Assembly: GCA_045567915.1 (NCBI GenBank)
Contig: JBJLCA010000036.1
Coordinates: forward strand, 3,410-67,409
Direction of reading: 5' to 3'
DNA from: Candidatus Poseidoniales archaeon
GTDB lineage: Archaea > Thermoplasmatota > Poseidoniia > MGIII > CG-Epi1
Length of the DNA: 64,000 nt
The position numbers and the translations under genes are program-made. The notes under the pieces were generated by a model. The model saw only the letters and a program-made list of their open reading frames with translations, did no database searches and had not been told where the DNA came from. Position 1 is the stretch's first letter. Every line of letters starts with the position of its first letter. Below, in pieces: positions 25,050 to 34,900 of this stretch.

Positions 25050-25808
25050 GTGAGAACATTAGCTGTCTTAGTTGCATTGATGCTTTTTGTACCTGGAAGT
25101 GACGCTGAATCTAGCCCTATGGAGCAATCATACGAAGGGAATCCTATTGTCATAATTAATTTGACATATGAAGCAGGAATCGGTGGTGGAAGTGACATTG
25201 AAGGTGAGATTGTAATTGAATTGTTTCTAAACTGGGCGCCTATTACTGTAACCAACTTTGTAAACTTAGTAGACCAGTCGTTTTATGATGGAATTTTCTT
25301 TCATAGAGTTATTGATGATTTTGTCATTCAAACGGGAGATGATACTTGTACTACAATTGGAATTTATCCTGCAAGTGACCCTTCATGTGGAAGTAATGGA
25401 TCCGACGAAAATATTCCTTTTGAGGCGAATGCTAATCTTACTCACATAAACGGAGCCGTAGGAATGGCAAGAGGTGTAGACCCCGATTCGGCATCAAGCC
25501 AATTTTATATCTGTGATGAATCACAGCATGGGCTCGATAATGGAAATCGTTCACAAGATGATGACCCTGGATATGCAGTATTTGGCGTTGTGAGAGAAGG
25601 TATGGACATAGTGCAAGCTACTGCTCAAGTTCCAACATCAAACGATCCTGCAAACCGTCCACTTTACGAGGTCCACATAAACTCTATAACTTTAGAAGGA
25701 TTTGTCACCAACTCCAATCAAGAAAAAGAAGAAAAAAATATTCCAAACATTAGTTTTAGTCTTTCGATATTATCAATAGGACTATTAACACTATTACGTA
25801 GAAATTAA
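25050..25808 (+). CDS. Secreted cyclophilin-type peptidyl-prolyl isomerase with C-terminal sorting signal
   Basis: 'TVTNFVNLVDQSFYDGIFFHRVIDDFVIQTGD', 'SQFYI'. Probable GTG start at 25050 giving signal peptide 'VRTLAVLVALMLFVPGSDA'. The listed start 24966 would overlap the divergent iscA-like gene. Tail 'IPNISFSLSILSIGLLTLLRRN'. Confidence 0.8.
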   Translation: MRTLAVLVALMLFVPGSDAESSPMEQSYEGNPIVIINLTYEAGIGGGSDIEGEIVIELFLNWAPITVTNFVNLVDQSFYDGIFFHRVIDDFVIQTGDDTCTTIGIYPASDPSCGSNGSDENIPFEANANLTHINGAVGMARGVDPDSASSQFYICDESQHGLDNGNRSQDDDPGYAVFGVVREGMDIVQATAQVPTSNDPANRPLYEVHINSITLEGFVTNSNQEKEEKNIPNISFSLSILSIGLLTLLRRN

Positions 25809-25810
25809 AT

Positions 25811-26524
25811 ATGGACTCTATAATATTTCAGGGAAATGTAATCGGTATGCTGGCATACATAGTCTCTGCAATGCTCCTTTTTTCTTGGATAATTAGAGAT
25901 ATTGAAGAAAATTTAGTAGAAAGAAAATTGTACATTGCTTGTGGGTTAGGTGTTGTTCTTGGTACATTCGCAGATATTATTATGATATTAGGAGGAATAA
26001 ACGGTTACAATGAAGATATTGGTTATGCCTCTAAGATATTAGTTTCACCAATAATAATTCTAATTTTTCTATTTATCGGTGTCAATAGGAAAACTTTCAA
26101 AGAAGAAACTGGGGCGCCCTACTATTCTGCAGGATTTGGATTATTTTATGGAGGTTCGATTGAGTTTTGGAAGTTACTAGTAACTGAAGAAGTTCATGAT
26201 TTATCTATGTTTGATTTTTTAATTATAGCTGCATTTGGTTTCTCTACGGTAGTATTCCTTGGAGGTGCTGCAATGTGGGTTTCTTACGGAATTCAGAGAA
26301 ACGAAGGTGCTAGAGTGGCCAGTAGATTCGCCATTCTTTACTTGGTTCTTTCATTTCTTAACACTCTTGCACTTGAAGAAATACACTATGGCATCTATGA
26401 TACAATTATTGTTCCAATTATCTCTCTTTTGGGCTTTTTTGTAATTTCTTTTGCCGTTTTCCATCAAGCAAAATTAAAACTGCCACTAATTGGAAAGAAA
26501 AAAAAGAAATCACTAAAAACCTAG
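25811..26524 (+). CDS. Polytopic membrane protein, unknown function
   Basis: 237 aa, about 7 hydrophobic segments, Lys-rich C-terminus. Lies 2 nt after the PPIase gene. Confidence 0.5.
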   Translation: MDSIIFQGNVIGMLAYIVSAMLLFSWIIRDIEENLVERKLYIACGLGVVLGTFADIIMILGGINGYNEDIGYASKILVSPIIILIFLFIGVNRKTFKEETGAPYYSAGFGLFYGGSIEFWKLLVTEEVHDLSMFDFLIIAAFGFSTVVFLGGAAMWVSYGIQRNEGARVASRFAILYLVLSFLNTLALEEIHYGIYDTIIVPIISLLGFFVISFAVFHQAKLKLPLIGKKKKKSLKT

Positions 26525-26542
26525 TCTTAACTTGTAGAAAAC

Positions 26543-28321
26543 ATGGAACAACGAATTTTTGCCGGAATTACTGTAGGAATCCTACTTTTGTCATCACTAT
26601 TGTTATACATTAATAATGATGAGGAACAAAATGATGAATACTACATGGGCGACAATGGCCTTGTTCCTGTTTGGGAAAGAGTAAATCAAAACTTCAATAC
26701 AACTGGATCTTACAGTTATACTCTTGTACCTGGTCAATACAATATTAACGGGCCTGAAAGTGTATTTATTGATGTAGATTTACCTAGTTCTGAGCTAGGG
26801 TGTACTATAACTGATGACTGCGAAGTTCATCTCGGACTCTGGTTACCCGATGTTCCTAATGGAACTAAGATTCCAGTAATTGCAGATGTTGGACCCTATT
26901 ATGACGATGGAGACGTGGATGCCCTAACTCCTGCAAATCGTCTCGGTAAATTCTTAATTGAAAATATGGTTCCATATGGATATGCTGTTGCTCAAGTTTC
27001 AGTATTTGGAACGGGAATGTCTAACCATTGCATGGATTTTATGGGATTAAGTGAGCAGATGGGGATTGATGCAGCTGTTACTTGGTTAGGTACTCAAGAA
27101 TGGAGCAACGGGAACGTAGGTATTGTTGGAAAATCTTACGACGGAACAACTCCTTGGCAGGCTGCTATGTTCGGTAACTCTCATTTAAAAACTATAATTC
27201 CTATTTCAGGATTAATTGGAGTTCATGACCTAATGTGGAAAAATGGATCTATGGAGGCCAGAGGATTGGCTATGCATAATGGAGTCTATGGCTCATTTGG
27301 ATGGGATGGTGATAGTGAAGATTGGCAAACTGTCTGTAGAGGATATGCTGAAGGATATGCAAACGGCCCTGCCGCTTATTTGGCTGGTGACGAAGTGAAC
27401 TACGCAGGGAATACATATTGGACTGATCGTCATTTTTTAGAAAGAACAATACAAAACTATAATGGTTCGATATACTTTATTCACGGAATGCAAGATTGGA
27501 ATGTAGACCCGCATATGGCATTCCCAGCATACAAACAATTGCAAAATGCCGGATTCGAAATTAAAGGATTATTTGGGCAATGGGGTCATCACTATCCAGA
27601 TAGACCTGGTGATCACAATGGAATGTCGGAAGGTAGAGGGGCTGAAGCTTATCCTCAGTCTGTAAGATACGATTGGGCTCAGGACTTACTTGAATGGTTC
27701 AATTACTACCTGTATGATGGAAATATGAAACCTGCACTCCATGTTGAAATGCAAGATAATATGGGTGGATGGAGAGTTGAACAAACTTGGCCTGTCGATG
27801 ACAGAGAGCTTTTGCAATTACCAATAAGTGAAGGATTGAACGTAGTATCTGGTAGTGGATTGGTTGGGCCCACAAACACTCTAACACTTGAAACTGATAT
27901 TTTTGAAAACGAAACTCGCATATCTGGAATGCCTACATTTCACGTGGATGTTACTATACCTCCAGGACAAACCTCAGGCCATCTTTACATTGAATTATCT
28001 ATTGCAGGAGGAATACATCTCGGACATGGAGTTATGGATCTAAGATATCACGAAGGGGGAAGAGAATGTGGCCAACCTTGTGCAGTTACTGGAACTGTAA
28101 ATGCAAAGATGGAAATGTTCGCACTAGACGTAGTAATTCCTGCTGGAAATGCATTAGAACTAGTCATTAGTCAAACAAATGATGATTATATTCCATCTCC
28201 CGTCAGCAGTGGCTATGTTACAATTGGAACAAACCAAAATAGTGTTTTAACATTGCCAATTATTGATAGAAGTCCCGAAGATTTGTTTATGCCACCTATT
28301 TGGTATGATGAAGAAATATAA
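26543..28321 (+). CDS. S15-family (X-Pro dipeptidyl-peptidase / CocE-NonD) serine hydrolase, membrane-anchored
   Basis: N-terminal TM. Nucleophile elbow 'GIVGKSYDGTTPW'. 'IHGMQDWNV'. C-terminal beta-sandwich-like region. Confidence 0.7.
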   Translation: MEQRIFAGITVGILLLSSLLLYINNDEEQNDEYYMGDNGLVPVWERVNQNFNTTGSYSYTLVPGQYNINGPESVFIDVDLPSSELGCTITDDCEVHLGLWLPDVPNGTKIPVIADVGPYYDDGDVDALTPANRLGKFLIENMVPYGYAVAQVSVFGTGMSNHCMDFMGLSEQMGIDAAVTWLGTQEWSNGNVGIVGKSYDGTTPWQAAMFGNSHLKTIIPISGLIGVHDLMWKNGSMEARGLAMHNGVYGSFGWDGDSEDWQTVCRGYAEGYANGPAAYLAGDEVNYAGNTYWTDRHFLERTIQNYNGSIYFIHGMQDWNVDPHMAFPAYKQLQNAGFEIKGLFGQWGHHYPDRPGDHNGMSEGRGAEAYPQSVRYDWAQDLLEWFNYYLYDGNMKPALHVEMQDNMGGWRVEQTWPVDDRELLQLPISEGLNVVSGSGLVGPTNTLTLETDIFENETRISGMPTFHVDVTIPPGQTSGHLYIELSIAGGIHLGHGVMDLRYHEGGRECGQPCAVTGTVNAKMEMFALDVVIPAGNALELVISQTNDDYIPSPVSSGYVTIGTNQNSVLTLPIIDRSPEDLFMPPIWYDEEI

Positions 28322-28322
28322 A

Positions 28323-30008
28323 TTAATCTGAATTGCGTGATTCAATTTCTTTGATTAATCTTTGAGCTTCGTCTAATTCTGCATTTTCTTCTTTAGCCAT
28401 AGGCTCTTCTTCTTTAGCTACACGCTCTTCTTCTAAATTTTGATTACTCTTTAAAATATTAATTTCTTTTTTTAAAGATTCTAGTTGTTTATTTTCATTA
28501 TCCTTGAACTGCTCTGCCATTTCTGATATCTGATTTTTAAGAGAATTCATTTCTTCGTTTTCAGATAATTGATTATTATCATTGATAGTATTCATTTCTT
28601 GCCTAAGAAGCTTGAGCTCATCCATAAGTGCATTAACTGCAATATTTTCTCCCTCTTTGGAATTATCAAATTCAACTTCTTCATCTATAATATCAGGTAA
28701 ATCCTCAACTAAATTTGATACTTCATTTGGCTCTTTAGATATTCTAGTTTTAGTAATAGTGTCATCAGTTTCTTCAATAATTGTATTAACTTTTTTTTCT
28801 TCAAATGAAGAGGACGAGTCCCCTTGGTGAAATAAGTGAACATCTCTTTGTGGGAAAGCAATAACAATATTTTTTTCCCTCAACTTTTCAAATACCTGAT
28901 GATGCAAATCTGAGTTTATTTGCCTTATTTTAATTACATTTTTTATCCATGCAACTAATGCAAAATTCAAAGTAGAATCTCCAAAATTTTGAAACCTAAC
29001 TAAAGGTTTTCTTGTAGGATCATCTTGCTCAATGTTTGAATTCTTCTTTGCTACCTCTAACAAAGCTGCTTCAACGTCATCGGGATTTGAATCATAAGAA
29101 ACTCCAACTTCAATCCTTAAACGATAATACCTATCTGGCTTGGTTAAATTTAATATATTTTGATTGGCGAGGGAATTATTTGGAATTATAATTATTACGT
29201 GATTTATGATATCATATATCTTTGTTGAGCGAAGGCCGATTTCTCTAATTAAACAATAAGTATCATTGAAATAAATCATATCTCCTGTCTTGAAACCCTG
29301 ATCAAGCAATAGGAGAATTCCGGAGAAAAAATTACTAAGTGTATCTTGTGCAGCCAATGCAATAACTAGACCAACAACACCTACTCCTGCAACAAGAACT
29401 CCAAATTCTACATTGAATGTTGATAAGAAATTTGTAATACCGAAAACTATAATCAAAATTGAACCAAGAATGTCTAGCAAGGGACCATATTGCGTATCTG
29501 ACTTACCTACAGTTATCCAATCTGCCATTAATGGAACCAGATAATTACTATAACCTCGTAAAACAAAAATAGTAATAAACACAACAAAAGAACCGTCTGC
29601 AATTTTTGTTAGAACTAAAACGTAAGCTTCAATTGATGAATTTGTTTCTGCTATTTCTGTAAAGAAATAAGACAAACTCCATGTTATTATTAACCAAAAT
29701 ACTACTGTAGTAGGATCCCATTCCCATTTACTCAAACCTCTAAAATAAAGAACAATAGGTATAATGAAAGTAAGGGTAAGAAAAATAACAAAGAACATTA
29801 AAATTAACATCCAAATAGCCTCATCTGTAAAAATAACGTAATCTTCTCCTGTTTGCCGATTCGTTATTGAATAGTAAGGACTAGGAACAATTTTATCAAT
29901 TGTAGAACGCATTACTACCATTGTAAAAACCGAAAGAAAAAGTCCAAAAACTCTGACAAAAGGAAAATCTTGTCTAAGTCCAAAAACCTTCGTTGAAGAA
30001 GTACTCAC
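28323..30008 (-). CDS. MscS-family mechanosensitive channel with ~170-aa acidic coiled-coil C-terminal extension
   Basis: TM region followed by 'NFFSGILLLLDQGFKTGDMIYFNDTYCLIREIGLRSTKI'. The tail is rich in E/N/K heptad-like sequence. Confidence 0.75.
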   Translation of the reverse strand: MSTSSTKVFGLRQDFPFVRVFGLFLSVFTMVVMRSTIDKIVPSPYYSITNRQTGEDYVIFTDEAIWMLILMFFVIFLTLTFIIPIVLYFRGLSKWEWDPTTVVFWLIITWSLSYFFTEIAETNSSIEAYVLVLTKIADGSFVVFITIFVLRGYSNYLVPLMADWITVGKSDTQYGPLLDILGSILIIVFGITNFLSTFNVEFGVLVAGVGVVGLVIALAAQDTLSNFFSGILLLLDQGFKTGDMIYFNDTYCLIREIGLRSTKIYDIINHVIIIIPNNSLANQNILNLTKPDRYYRLRIEVGVSYDSNPDDVEAALLEVAKKNSNIEQDDPTRKPLVRFQNFGDSTLNFALVAWIKNVIKIRQINSDLHHQVFEKLREKNIVIAFPQRDVHLFHQGDSSSSFEEKKVNTIIEETDDTITKTRISKEPNEVSNLVEDLPDIIDEEVEFDNSKEGENIAVNALMDELKLLRQEMNTINDNNQLSENEEMNSLKNQISEMAEQFKDNENKQLESLKKEINILKSNQNLEEERVAKEEEPMAKEENAELDEAQRLIKEIESRNSD

Positions 30009-30082
30009 AAATATACACTTAAAAATACATTTATAAATTAATTAGGTGAAACAGTATATAGCTACCTATTGTTGGATATAAA

Positions 30083-30376
30083 ATGAGTTCTGTTTTGAAA
30101 GATAACGACATTGCAAAGGCCATAAAAGGCATGGATGGATGGAGTTACGACGATGTTTACAGGTGCATAAGGAAAGAATTTAATTTTGATAGTTTTGAGT
30201 CTGCAGCTACATTTGTACAACATGTTGCAAGTATAGCTAGTGAAATTAGCCACTATCCTGAAATTTTAATTTACAAAAAAGGATCAGTAAGAATAACTGC
30301 AACAACACCTGATGAAGGTGGAGTGACTGAAAATGATGTCTCCCTTATAGAGAGCGTAGAAATACTAGTTAGCTAA
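30083..30376 (+). CDS. phhB: Pterin-4-alpha-carbinolamine dehydratase (PCD/DCoH)
   Basis: 97 aa. 'FNFDSFESAATFVQHVASIASEISHYPEILIYKKGSVRITATT', a typical PCD core (H-x-P motif). Confidence 0.8.
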   Translation: MSSVLKDNDIAKAIKGMDGWSYDDVYRCIRKEFNFDSFESAATFVQHVASIASEISHYPEILIYKKGSVRITATTPDEGGVTENDVSLIESVEILVS

Positions 30377-30601
30377 ATAATTTGTAATAAAAAAATTAAG
30401 AAATTGTTAATTCTTTAACAAGATACTCATCCGAATGTTTATCAATGTATTCAATTAAATCTGAGACGTGTGGAGATTCTAGCAAAATTTCATTTGACTC
30501 ATGGTCTATAATTCGAAATGGCATTCAATACACACTGCACTAAATTATATATAATTTTCTAAAAGAAATAAGCCTTTATTGGGCCACTTTAATGGGAGTA
30601 A

Positions 30602-31474
30602 GTGAAACAATACATTGACTTAGTTAATGAAGTCTTAAAACGTGGAACTAGAAAAGAAAATAGAACTGGTATCGACACAATATCTGCATTTAATATTAAC
30701 TATTCAATCGACTTAAACGAAGGATTTCCACTACTAACTACAAAAGAAATTTCATGGAAGAATATTGTAATAGAAAATTTATGGTTTTTGTCTGGAGATT
30801 TGCATATCGGGCTATTAAAAAAGCATGGTTGTAAATTTTGGGATCACTGGGCTGATGAAGATGGTTTTGTACCTAGTGCTTATGGTAATTTTTGGAGAAA
30901 GTTTCCAATACATGGAAATGATGAATACAATGATCAAGTTAAGTATGTTTTAGAAACTTTAAAGAAAAATCCGAACAGCAGAAGAATGGTAGTTAGTGCT
31001 TGGGCTCCCGGAAATGCTCAAACTAGTGGTTTACCTCCTTGCCATCTTTTGTTCATTTTCAATGTCCAGTATGATAAAAGTGGAGAACCACGATTATGTG
31101 TACACTTAACTCAAAGAAGTTGTGATGTAGCATTAGGAGTTCCTTACAATATAGCAGGATATTCATTCTTGTTACACCTTTTTGCACATTTATCAAGTAT
31201 GAAAGTAGGTACTTTCGGACATACTCTTGTTGACGCTCACATTTACACAAAAAAAGCAGATGGAAGTATGGAAGAATATGATCATATTCCTGGCCTAGTA
31301 GAGCAAACGAAAAGAGAAATAAAACCTTTACCTAAACTTAAGATTGATTCAGAAATAAAAACTTTAGATGATGTAATGGACTTATTAGACAAAGACACTG
31401 AAACAATAATGTCTAAATTTAAATTAGAAAATTATAATCCTGAACCATTTATTCCTTTTAGAGTTGCTGTATGA
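30602..31474 (+). CDS. thyA: Thymidylate synthase (ThyA type), GTG start
   Basis: 'VKQYIDLVNEVLKRGTRKENRTG', 'RRMVVSAWAP', 'LPPCHLLFIFNV', 'QRSCDVALGVPYNIA'. GGGAG lies 4 nt upstream of the GTG. Confidence 0.9.
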   Translation: MKQYIDLVNEVLKRGTRKENRTGIDTISAFNINYSIDLNEGFPLLTTKEISWKNIVIENLWFLSGDLHIGLLKKHGCKFWDHWADEDGFVPSAYGNFWRKFPIHGNDEYNDQVKYVLETLKKNPNSRRMVVSAWAPGNAQTSGLPPCHLLFIFNVQYDKSGEPRLCVHLTQRSCDVALGVPYNIAGYSFLLHLFAHLSSMKVGTFGHTLVDAHIYTKKADGSMEEYDHIPGLVEQTKREIKPLPKLKIDSEIKTLDDVMDLLDKDTETIMSKFKLENYNPEPFIPFRVAV

Positions 31475-31935
31475 AAGGCATATTAGTAGCTACCTCACCT
31501 GAAGGCATTATTGGGAAGAATAATACTATTCCTTGGCATTATCCTGAAGATCTCAAAAGGTTCAAAAAACTTACCATTGGAAAAACAATAATAATGGGAA
31601 GAAATACTTGGGAATCACTGCCGATAAAACCTTTACCTGAAAGAAGAAATATAGTTATTACAAGTAGCACGATAGAAAATATTGAATGCTTCAAAAGTAT
31701 TACTGAAGCTGTAGATACATGTAAGGGCGATATATGGTTTATTGGAGGTGCTGGAATCTACGAGGAATCTATGAATTTAGCTGATTTTATTGACATGACA
31801 TTAGTACCAGATAGTGTAACTGGAAATAATTGTATTTACTTTCCTAAAATTGGAAATGAATGGAAAGAAAGTGAAACTAAACCTCTAGAAAATAGCTCAA
31901 AATTATTGCATAAAATTTACACCCGTAGGGTGTAA
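31471..31935 (+). CDS. folA: Dihydrofolate reductase
   Basis: 'IGKNNTIPWHYPEDLKRFKKLTIGKTIIMGRNTWESLP', 'IGGAGIYEE'. ATGA overlap with thyA. Confidence 0.85.
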   Translation: MKGILVATSPEGIIGKNNTIPWHYPEDLKRFKKLTIGKTIIMGRNTWESLPIKPLPERRNIVITSSTIENIECFKSITEAVDTCKGDIWFIGGAGIYEESMNLADFIDMTLVPDSVTGNNCIYFPKIGNEWKESETKPLENSSKLLHKIYTRRV

Positions 31936-31941
31936 GACACC

Positions 31942-31948
31942 TTTATAT
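31942..31948 (+). promoter_or_regulatory. TATA-like element (TTTATAT) -30 to -36 from the ATG at 31978, with GGAG 5 nt before the ATG
   Basis: The only A/T box in the 42-nt gap between folA and the giant gene. Confidence 0.3.
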
Positions 31949-31977
31949 CTGTACGGCCTAGGTAACTACGGAGAAAA

Positions 31978-34900
31978 ATGTCTCGTAAAATAACTGCTTT
32001 ATTGCTAGCCATGCTGATGTTACCCTTTTCAGCAATGAACACATTAGCTGATGAAAATGATCCCGATTTATCAATAAATGGTATAAGTTTTAGCGAAGAT
32101 TCGCCTACTGGTGGAGATGATATTACTATTACTGCTGAAATTGCTAATGATGGTGGAACAAGTGGACTAATTAGTGTGACTACAAACGTTAGTTTTTATT
32201 CTGATTCTGACTTTATTGGTAAACAAACGATAACTATTCCTGGTGGAAATACTGCTGATGCTGAAATGGACTGGACGGCTGTCGGAGGCACTCATACCAT
32301 TAAAGTAATCGTAGACGAAGAAGAGCAAATTACAGAATCTGATGAGGACAATAATCAAGATACTGAAAGTATTACTGTTTCTTACCCTCCTATCTTACTT
32401 TTAGATGATGATAATAGTGGAAACAATGGAGGTTCTAGAACTGAAACTGACCAATATTACGCCAACGCACTAGACAATTTGACTAATCCTATTGCTTATG
32501 ATATTATTAGAGTAAATAGTAGTGCAGATGGCCCTGGAATTGATGTCTTATCTGAATATCAAATGATTATTTGGGTATGTGGAACTGATTACCAAAGTGG
32601 AGATACAGATGTGACTTTTACGGACAATGACAAAACAAATGTTGCCGAATATTTAGAAGGTGGAGGTGCTATGTGGGTAATAGGCATGGATATTCTGTAT
32701 GATTTTGATACTTCAGACGGAGATCGTAGTAGTGGGGATTTTGAATATGATTACCTGGGCGTAAGTTATGCTGATAATGATAGGGCGACTCCTGCCGTAG
32801 TTTATGGAGTAGATGATGACCCTATTTCTGATGGTATAGAATACAATGCTGATGCAATAAGTTCAGATTTTGCTGATGACGTAAACCCTAGAAGCGGATT
32901 TGAAAAAGTACTGAGCTCAAATGGAGACTATAACATTTCAACCATAAGGACTGAGGATGAATTCAAATTAGTATTCATGACTATCGATTTTAGTTCAATT
33001 ACAAGTAGTGATGATAGAGACGAATTTATGGAAAATGTCGTTGAATATTTAGTTGAGCAATTAGAAAATGATGTAAGTTTAAGTAGATTTAATAATCCAA
33101 AGGATGAGGAAACTGTTGAACCTAATGTAGAAAATATAGTAAATGTTACAGTAAGGAATCGTGGAACTGAAGATCAAGATAGTATCCAAGTCTCGTTAGA
33201 AATTACTTGCCTTAATAACTCATACACATTTACAGACTCTGAGACTATATCATTAGATGCAGGTACTGGAACATATGTCGAATTTGAATGGGACACTCCT
33301 GATGATGAAGACTATGTTTACGAACTAAAAAGTAAAGCTATAATATCTGATGATGAAAAAGAAGAGAATAATGAAAAAATAATCAAAGTCAATACATATG
33401 TCACATATGATTTAGAAGTGAAAGATGCGCGTGCTACTCCAATGATTGCTGAAAAGGAAGAAGAAAGAGAAATGAGTGTAATTGTCACTAATAGTGGGGA
33501 TGTTACTATGAACTCAGAAATAAGCGGTAAAATTTATGACGGCGCTGGTAATGTAATTGATAATTTAGGCAATCAAGATGTTGAAGAACTTGCTCCAGAT
33601 GAAAGTTTGACTCTTACATGGGAGTGGGAAACTGATGACTACGGAACTTTTTGGTTTGAAGCTAAAGTTATTGACGAGGATGATGAAGTCCCTGAAAATG
33701 ACATAATTGATGCAATGATGAGAAGTGTAGATGTGGAATTTACTGATGATATGGAAGATGGAGTCAATGGTTGGACTAATTACAAATCATTGAGCAACCC
33801 CTGGCATCTAATTGATACTGATGAAGATAGTAATCGTGAAGCATCTAGTCCAACTCACGCCATGTGGGTTGGAGATGGGTCGAAAGGTGATGGTGAATAT
33901 GACAATAACTGGGATTTTTCAGTTTACACAAGCGAAGAAATTGAATTAGGTCAAACAAATCCGCAAATGTCAGTAGATGTTTGGTATAGTACTGAATTTA
34001 GTTGGGACGGTGGAAATGTACAAATCACTACTGATGATGGAGAAACTTGGGAAGTAATCAATCCAGACGGTGGATATCCTGACGATGCCGTTGTTGGGCT
34101 AGATAATGAACCTGGCTATACTGGAACCTCTGGTGAGGGTGAAAGTGCAGACTGGGAAACTGCAACGTTTAGTCTTGCCAATTATACTAATGATAATGTG
34201 AGATTTAAATTTAGATTTGGAACTGACTCAAGTGTAGAAGCCTATGAAGGCTGGTATATTGATAACATCGAAGTTAGCAGTGGAACTGAAACTCACTTTG
34301 AAGACGATTTTGAAGACGGAGATGGTGAATGGATGGCTGATATTGTTGAAAGTGAATGGAATTATTACAGTAATAAATCATATTCAGGCGATTATTCCTG
34401 GTACTTAGGTAATCCAAGTACTGAAACATATAGTGCATCACTAAATGATTCTTTAGAATCTCCTACTTTTGACATAGGAGAAGGATCTGAAAAGTATGTA
34501 TCTGCAATGGTTTGGTTTGCTATTGATGGTCCAAGTGATTTAGTTAATTTGGAAATCAATCAATCTGGAGAATGGGAGACATTGGAAATCTTCCCTGAAA
34601 ATGATGGAGACTATTCAAGTGAATATGATGGTGCCGATGAAAATGGATGGTTATACTTTGAAAGTGATGTAAGTGAATATGAGGGTGATGTTTCATTTAG
34701 ACTTAGATTTGAATCTAACACATTTACCCAACTTGAAGGGTTGTATGTAGACAATTTTGCAGTTTATAGTCTTCCGCCTATACCAAATGACGTCGGTACT
34801 AAGGAGCTAGATTCACCTGCTACTGCTAAACCTGGAAGAGCCGTAACATTTACTTCTGAAATTTACAATTTTGGAACAAATGATCAAGAAGACTTTGATA

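Noticed and set aside
28323-28830. Repetitive E/K/N-rich 3' part of the MscS gene and the antisense ORF 28582..28830
   Set aside because: Continuous with the channel ORF and reads as a coiled-coil tail. The antisense ORF is a Ser-rich shadow of the GAA/AAA-rich coding strand.
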